The notes beneath the pieces are model-generated. The model had not been told where the DNA came from. It made no database searches and saw nothing but the letters and a program-made list of their open reading frames with translations. 64,000 nucleotides of DNA. Source: Candidatus Poseidoniaceae archaeon. Its GTDB lineage: Archaea > Thermoplasmatota > Poseidoniia > Poseidoniales > Poseidoniaceae. The stretch is taken from the NCBI GenBank assembly GCA_028353405.1, contig JAOMOG010000007.1, forward strand, positions 755-64,754. Reading direction: 5' to 3'. Of this stretch, positions 58,807 to 64,000 are shown in pieces (position 1 is the first letter of the stretch; each line of letters opens with the position of its first letter). A program made the translations under genes and the position numbers.

Positions 58807-60216
58807 ATGAGAGTGATAATAGGCGGAGCCGGAAGAGTCGGTACTGATTTGGCCAAAGCATTGAGAGCAGAAGATTTGGATGTAGTCTTAGTTGATTCAG
58901 ATTCCCGTGCAGTAAAAAATGCTCAAAATCTAGATGCTTTGGTCATACATGGTGACTTTGTATCGAGAGAGAAATTGATTGAGGCAGGGATAGCAGAATC
59001 AGAGGTATTTATCGCGGTAACTAATTCTGATGAGAGGAATTTGTTAGCATGTATCTTGGCTGAACATACCAGCAAGGAGTCAGGCGGTAAAAATTTACTA
59101 TCCATATGTCGCGTTAGAGATAACAAATATGTTAAGGAACAAGAACAAGGATATTTGGCAGAATGGGCAAAGGTAGACCACGTTGTAAATCCACTAGATG
59201 GTGCAATAGATCGCCTACATTTAGGTTTGAGAACTCCCGGTATTGAAGAAGTAGTACCTTTCGGACACGATGCATTTGTCATTGAATTGGATGTTACTAA
59301 TGAAGCAACTGACGTTATTTTCCTGAGTCTAAAAGAAGCTGCTCAAAACATTGATGGAGAATTACCGCTAATTATTGGAGTCAAGCGAGAAGGTGAGAAG
59401 AGTATCGTTCCTGACGGTGAATTCGTACTAGTTCCAAATGATAAAATCGCTGTCGCCACTACTGGCACTTCAAGTTTCAACCATATTTTGAGAATCTTTG
59501 GACATCAGCCAAAAAACTTCCCTTCTGCCCCTAAGGTGGCAATTATTGGTGCTAATAAAATTGGACAGAGAGTTGCAGATAAATGGCTATCATCTGGAGC
59601 TTCGGTTACAATGATTGAAAGAAATTTACAAACAGCCAATGATTTTTCAGGAACAAGAACTGGAGCCAATAAGAATATTGAAGTAATTCATGGCGACCAC
59701 TTAGATAGAGAAATGCTGAAGGAGATTGGTATTTCTGAACATGATATTGCAATTGCTGCATTAGAGGGTGATCACGCTTGTATTGCAGCAGCATTATTGG
59801 CTAGTGACATGGGTGTGCAAAGGACCGGTCTAATGCTACATGATGCTGATTTAGTCAAGGTTACTCAACGTATGGGAATTACCTTTGCTGTTGATATGAA
59901 ACGAGTGGCTGTTGATAACTTATTAGCCCTAATTCATACAAAAACTACTGGTGCATATGCATTATTATCAACGATTCCAGAGATTATCGGCATATCGTTG
60001 CCTGTGAAGGAAACTGCAAAATTCTGTGGATTGAAAATATCTGATGCAAATTTCCCTGAATGGATGCGAATTGCATTCATTCAAAGGAGAGTCAGTGTTA
60101 ACAAATGGGAAAATATGAGACCTTCTCCTGATAAGTTAATTATCGAAGGTGACCGATTAACCATGTTCTGTAATCCAGATAGGGTTGCAGAATTGGAAAA
60201 ACGATTCAAGGTATGA
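58807..60216 (+). CDS. trkA: Trk potassium uptake system NAD-binding subunit TrkA (two Rossmann/RCK modules)
   Basis: GGAGRVG and a second GANKIGQRV form dinucleotide-binding loops. The ATG at 58807 follows the upstream stop. Confidence 0.85.
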   Translation: MRVIIGGAGRVGTDLAKALRAEDLDVVLVDSDSRAVKNAQNLDALVIHGDFVSREKLIEAGIAESEVFIAVTNSDERNLLACILAEHTSKESGGKNLLSICRVRDNKYVKEQEQGYLAEWAKVDHVVNPLDGAIDRLHLGLRTPGIEEVVPFGHDAFVIELDVTNEATDVIFLSLKEAAQNIDGELPLIIGVKREGEKSIVPDGEFVLVPNDKIAVATTGTSSFNHILRIFGHQPKNFPSAPKVAIIGANKIGQRVADKWLSSGASVTMIERNLQTANDFSGTRTGANKNIEVIHGDHLDREMLKEIGISEHDIAIAALEGDHACIAAALLASDMGVQRTGLMLHDADLVKVTQRMGITFAVDMKRVAVDNLLALIHTKTTGAYALLSTIPEIIGISLPVKETAKFCGLKISDANFPEWMRIAFIQRRVSVNKWENMRPSPDKLIIEGDRLTMFCNPDRVAELEKRFKV

Positions 60217-61838
60217 TTGTAATGCGAACTGATGTACTAAGTATGATCTTGGGGTGGACGCTAATCGCGTTAGCGATTCCACTTGCTGCATCAGGTATCG
60301 CTACTGCTTTTTTAGATAATATTGAGTTAGCATTAATCGCTTTTGCAGTACCGAGTATTATCTCTTTGACTCTTGGAGTTACCATGTTGACTCTTTGGAC
60401 AAGGACCAATACTAGCGAGAGACTGAGGGATAAGGAAGCCTTTGCTGCTGTAGCACTAGTTTGGCCATTAGCAGTTTTGATAGGCAGTTTGCCATTTTGG
60501 TTGGGGGGAGTGTTCGTGGGACCATTTACCGGTGATGCAACTATGTTGGATATTGGCCGTGGTGCAGTAAACTCATGGTTTGAATCAATGTCTGGATTCA
60601 CCACCACTGGTGCAACTGTTATTTCTCATAATATGAGTCCTAATTGTATTCCTGGTCCGATGGACTGTATTAATGCACAACCTCGTGGACTTCTACTTTG
60701 GAGATCAATAACACAATGGCTTGGTGGAATGGGAATAATCATGCTTGGAATGATGGTATTGTCAAGAATAATTGGTGGAGGAATGGCACTGGCGCGGGCT
60801 GAATTAACTGGAACATCTCTATCAAAATTAAAACCTAAATTACAGCAAACTGCATTGGCATTATGGAGTTTGTATATTGTGCTAACAATTGTTGAAATGT
60901 TATTGTTGAAATTTTTGGGCGGTATGACATTATTTGATTCAGTGAATCATGCACTAACAACTGTTGCATCTGGTGGATTTTCAACACGAGATGCGAGTAT
61001 AGGGTACTATGATTCTTTGACGATTGAAAGTATTATTATCGTCTTTATGTTTATTGCAGGAGTGAACTTTACACTAATATGGTTATTTTGTATGAGGGAA
61101 TTCAAAAGAGCATCTAAGGATGAAGAATTTAAGAATTATCTAGTGTATTTGATTGTTGCAATATGTGCAATGGTATTAGCTCTAATGGCTACTGAGATAT
61201 CTCTTGGCAACTCATTAAGATACAGTTTATTCAATGTTATTTCTATTGGAACTTCTACTGGATATTCTTCAACTGATTATGGTGCTTGGCCGATCGTTAC
61301 ACAAATGATATTCCTGACACTAATGATTGTTGGTGCCTGTGCTGGCTCTACAAGTGGAGGATTAAAATTACTAAGAATTAATCTGGCTTTCAAAGTAGCA
61401 ATGCGTGAAATTATACGAATTGGACAACCAAGAAGGATAGACCGTATTCGAATGAATGGTGAAGTTGTTGAAAGACATCAACTTGGTCTGATAGTAGGTA
61501 TGTTATTTGTATGGATTGGTTTATTTGCAATATCTTGTGTTTTGTTGGCGATATGTATGCCAAATGAATCCTTTGAAAGTATAATTTCAGTCGTAGCATC
61601 ATCATTGGGTAATACTGGACCTGCACTTGGAGAATTTGGCCCTAGTAATACTTGGGCTGAGATGAATTCTGGTGCCTTACTAATTACATCAATATTGATG
61701 TGGTTCGGTCGTTTGGAATTGCTAACGGCTGTTATTTTATTACATCCAAAAACATGGAAGAAGGAAGAAAAGATTTTGACAGAAAGATCTGCTGTCGCCT
61801 TGCTTAGAAGAATTATTCCATCTAAAGATAAAGAATGA
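60213..61838 (+). CDS. trkH: Trk/Ktr potassium transporter membrane subunit TrkH
   Basis: Polytopic protein with repeated selectivity-filter-like Gly motifs, for example TTTGATV and GTSTGYS. It has an ATGA overlap with trkA. Confidence 0.85.
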   Translation: MIVMRTDVLSMILGWTLIALAIPLAASGIATAFLDNIELALIAFAVPSIISLTLGVTMLTLWTRTNTSERLRDKEAFAAVALVWPLAVLIGSLPFWLGGVFVGPFTGDATMLDIGRGAVNSWFESMSGFTTTGATVISHNMSPNCIPGPMDCINAQPRGLLLWRSITQWLGGMGIIMLGMMVLSRIIGGGMALARAELTGTSLSKLKPKLQQTALALWSLYIVLTIVEMLLLKFLGGMTLFDSVNHALTTVASGGFSTRDASIGYYDSLTIESIIIVFMFIAGVNFTLIWLFCMREFKRASKDEEFKNYLVYLIVAICAMVLALMATEISLGNSLRYSLFNVISIGTSTGYSSTDYGAWPIVTQMIFLTLMIVGACAGSTSGGLKLLRINLAFKVAMREIIRIGQPRRIDRIRMNGEVVERHQLGLIVGMLFVWIGLFAISCVLLAICMPNESFESIISVVASSLGNTGPALGEFGPSNTWAEMNSGALLITSILMWFGRLELLTAVILLHPKTWKKEEKILTERSAVALLRRIIPSKDKE

Positions 61839-61841
61839 AAC

Positions 61842-63368
61842 TCAGAATAATTTAGTTTGACCTGGATCTTTTTCCTGAATTATTTCCTCTTCTTTAGCCA
61901 CCTGCTGCTCAATCTGAGGTAATGGTTGGATCTCATCGCGCCTTTCAAGTAACTTAATTTGGCTTTCATTATAATTGGCAATTAGATCCTTTGTACTCCT
62001 CCGAGATAAAGGAAGTCCTGCTAATGAAGCATGTTCTTCTGCAGTAAAGCCAAGGCTCAATGAAATTGTGAAGTCAGAAGGGTCGCCAATTTTTTCTTCA
62101 GCCGACATTAATGCTGACAATATTGGCATCATTTCTTCTCTAACCGTTGATTTATTTGCACCGCAGGTGCTCGCTAATCTGTTAATAATCGTTGGACGAG
62201 TGTATGAACTACCACGGCGGAGATAATTAGGGTATGATGCGAAAATACGCCCTTCTAGAGGTGTCGGGTTAGCAATACTGGCAGATAAAGCGCTCAAATT
62301 AGAGCACCAATAAGTAGAACGATGTGCGGTATTTAAGAATCTTCCATAGAACATTTTATTGGCTTGTGATAGGGAACGGGCGCCTCTAACTATTCCTTTC
62401 ACATCAGTAAACAAGGATGCATTATTCCAATGCACCCAATTCATCAAATCATCTGGAGACTTATCTATAGTACGGGAAATAGATGATGCTTCTTCGGCTG
62501 ATCGGCTCCTATACAAATTATCTAGTCCAGGGAATATTTCAATCGAAATATCTCTCTGACCTGCTGCGATTTGCATACGAATAATATCCTTAGTTAGTGT
62601 TATTTCTTTGTCAACACAAACTACCTGCAAATCACGAACCAATGCCCGTAGATCACCTGGGTTGGCCCTAACCAACTCTTCAACAGCCGAATCTTCAAAT
62701 TCAATTTTCTCCTCGCGTAGCACTCTTTTGGCAATTCTTCTAAGGGCTTCATCGCTAGCCCTCTCAAAAATTATTTTTTGTAAATGCTTTGAAAAACGAT
62801 CTCTAGTACTTCTCCATGAGGAACCTTTACCCCATAATCCCATCTCCTCATTACATGCCATAATAACTGGCTGCATGGTGGAATCAAGTAATCTCAATAA
62901 TTCCGCCTTACCTCCAGAATCACCACTGAATGTTATTGCCTTACCTGCAATTTCATCACCCATCATAGCTTTCTCCAACTTCTCTTGACTGACTTCTCTT
63001 AATCCCCCAGAGAGATGGTCCACTTCATCTAGTAAAATCAAAGTCCTTTGGTTTTTTTCATTCGGATCATGGAATAAAGAGCGATGGGTTGAGCCTTGGG
63101 TTGCAGCCTTCCTTATTGCACCAGCATTTCTGGCATCGGATGCATTGAGTTCGATTACATTCCAACCCATATCAGCTGCTACTGCTCTTGCAACACTTGT
63201 TTTTCCAACACCCGGTGGCCCCACAAGCAGTAGCGCCTTTTTATTCGGAGTACCGGATTGCCAATCATCCAACCATTTACGGATTTTACGGCGTTGAACT
63301 TCATTGCCCTCCAATTGCCTCTCGGAGACTGGGCGGTGACGTTCAGTCCAATCGCTCACTTCACCCAT
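61842..63368 (-). CDS. rfcL: Replication factor C large subunit (RfcL)
   Basis: AAA+ Walker A GPPGVGKTS, LLDEVD, and an SRC-like region. It has the C-terminal extension typical of the archaeal RFC large subunit. Confidence 0.85.
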   Translation of the reverse strand: MGEVSDWTERHRPVSERQLEGNEVQRRKIRKWLDDWQSGTPNKKALLLVGPPGVGKTSVARAVAADMGWNVIELNASDARNAGAIRKAATQGSTHRSLFHDPNEKNQRTLILLDEVDHLSGGLREVSQEKLEKAMMGDEIAGKAITFSGDSGGKAELLRLLDSTMQPVIMACNEEMGLWGKGSSWRSTRDRFSKHLQKIIFERASDEALRRIAKRVLREEKIEFEDSAVEELVRANPGDLRALVRDLQVVCVDKEITLTKDIIRMQIAAGQRDISIEIFPGLDNLYRSRSAEEASSISRTIDKSPDDLMNWVHWNNASLFTDVKGIVRGARSLSQANKMFYGRFLNTAHRSTYWCSNLSALSASIANPTPLEGRIFASYPNYLRRGSSYTRPTIINRLASTCGANKSTVREEMMPILSALMSAEEKIGDPSDFTISLSLGFTAEEHASLAGLPLSRRSTKDLIANYNESQIKLLERRDEIQPLPQIEQQVAKEEEIIQEKDPGQTKLF

Positions 63369-63401
63369 AATATACAGCCATCACCGATGGTTATTCAACA
63401 T

Positions 63402-64000
63402 TCACAATTCTGAGATGGAAATTCTTGATTGTTTGCCACTATCTCTGTCCCTTAGTGTAACTGTATTATCTTGAAGTGATTGATGGTCAACTGTAATGCA
63501 AATAGGAACTCCAATTTCATCTGCTCTTGCATAACGCCTTCCTATTGAACCACTTGCATCATAGATTGAAACAGTTCCAAATTTGGAGCATAATGATCGG
63601 TGTATCTCCTTGGCTAATTTACCCATGCCATCCTTTTCAAATAGAGGGAATACACAATAATCAACAGGTGCAATCGATTCGCTCAATCTCAGAGTAACAT
63701 ATTCTTCACCATCTTTTCCAGACTCATCATAAGCATGGTCCAGTAAGTGCCAAATTATTCTATCAATGCCAAAAGCAGGTTCTACAACATGTGGTATATA
63801 CCATTCTCCAGATATGGTTTCAGTTCTCTGAACACGCTTTACATGTGTTAAGTCAACAGTTACCGACTCACCATTTTCCAAAGTTACTTGAGTAGGAAAT
63901 TCACAGTTAGAAGATAATTGTTCTACAGCCTTTTTGACAGCGCCTGCTAGTGCCCTAAACGCTGGGCCTGCTGTTGCTCCATCGGTAGTCCATCCATCAA
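63402..64000 (-). CDS. glyS: Glycyl-tRNA synthetase (archaeal/eukaryotic alpha2 type), C-terminal part. The gene continues past the window end
   Basis: Class II motif 3 EPAFGIDR and an anticodon-binding domain. The track ORF starts at a TTG (63881). The frame stays open upstream to position 64000 (...WTTDGATAGPAFRALAG...). Confidence 0.8.
   Translation of the reverse strand, partial: DGWTTDGATAGPAFRALAGAVKKAVEQLSSNCEFPTQVTLENGESVTVDLTHVKRVQRTETISGEWYIPHVVEPAFGIDRIIWHLLDHAYDESGKDGEEYVTLRLSESIAPVDYCVFPLFEKDGMGKLAKEIHRSLCSKFGTVSIYDASGSIGRRYARADEIGVPICITVDHQSLQDNTVTLRDRDSGKQSRISISEL

Noticed and set aside
49212-60216. Four-nucleotide ATGA stop/start overlaps (tktN/tktC, trkA/trkH, ftcD pair, MFS/ydeP)
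   Set aside because: This is ordinary translational coupling within operons, so I did not treat it as a special feature.
1-64000. CRISPR arrays, rRNA genes, and transposase or IS elements
   Set aside because: There are no evenly spaced short direct repeats. All of the tandem repeats I saw are in-frame within coding sequences. No 16S/23S-like conserved stretches are present. No DDE or serine/tyrosine recombinase motifs occur in any ORF.

Overview
This window is an archaeal chromosomal segment. It encodes PAN, the small primase subunit PriS, the RFC large subunit, Kae1, archaeal MBF1, Tsr3, a split transketolase, and archaeal/eukaryotic-type ProRS, GlyRS and SRP54. The protein set, with many very acidic proteins, is consistent with a marine Thermoplasmatota-like (MGII-like) archaeon, but that assignment is inference only. 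I call about 55 CDS and one tRNA-Val(GAC). I found no rRNA, no CRISPR array and no recognisable transposase or integrase. Most genes are housekeeping.

The window also holds several recognisable pathway blocks:
- A compact preQ0/archaeosine-precursor operon, folE-queE-queC-queD. QueC is fused to MsrB, and a possible 58-aa RHH regulator heads the operon.
- A eukaryote-style histidine catabolism set: HutH, a 673-aa urocanase, HutI, and a split FTCD (formimidoyltransferase plus cyclodeaminase).
- A methylmalonyl-CoA epimerase and mutase pair.
- A futalosine-route menaquinone cluster (mqnD, mqnA, mqnC/E) interrupted by a large beta-propeller surface protein.
- A YdeP-like molybdoenzyme with FdhD and an MFS transporter.
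- SRP54 next to an ArsA/Get3-HSP20 fusion.
- A TrkA/TrkH pair, a Ca-type P-ATPase and an OPT transporter.

The most unusual, poorly explained loci are these:
- A tRNA-adjacent pair of zinc-ribbon, hyper-acidic proteins. One is a two-TM membrane protein with four EF-hand motifs.
- A 162-aa half-size deoxyhypusine-hydroxylase-like HEAT protein.
- A 485-bp AT-rich non-coding tract with dyad symmetries upstream of the tRNA.
- A proline-rich 12-aa tandem-repeat protein paired with an RDD-like membrane protein carrying histone-H1-like AKP tails.

The ORF track renders GTG and TTG starts as M. Several coordinates below use an internal ATG that matches family N-termini.
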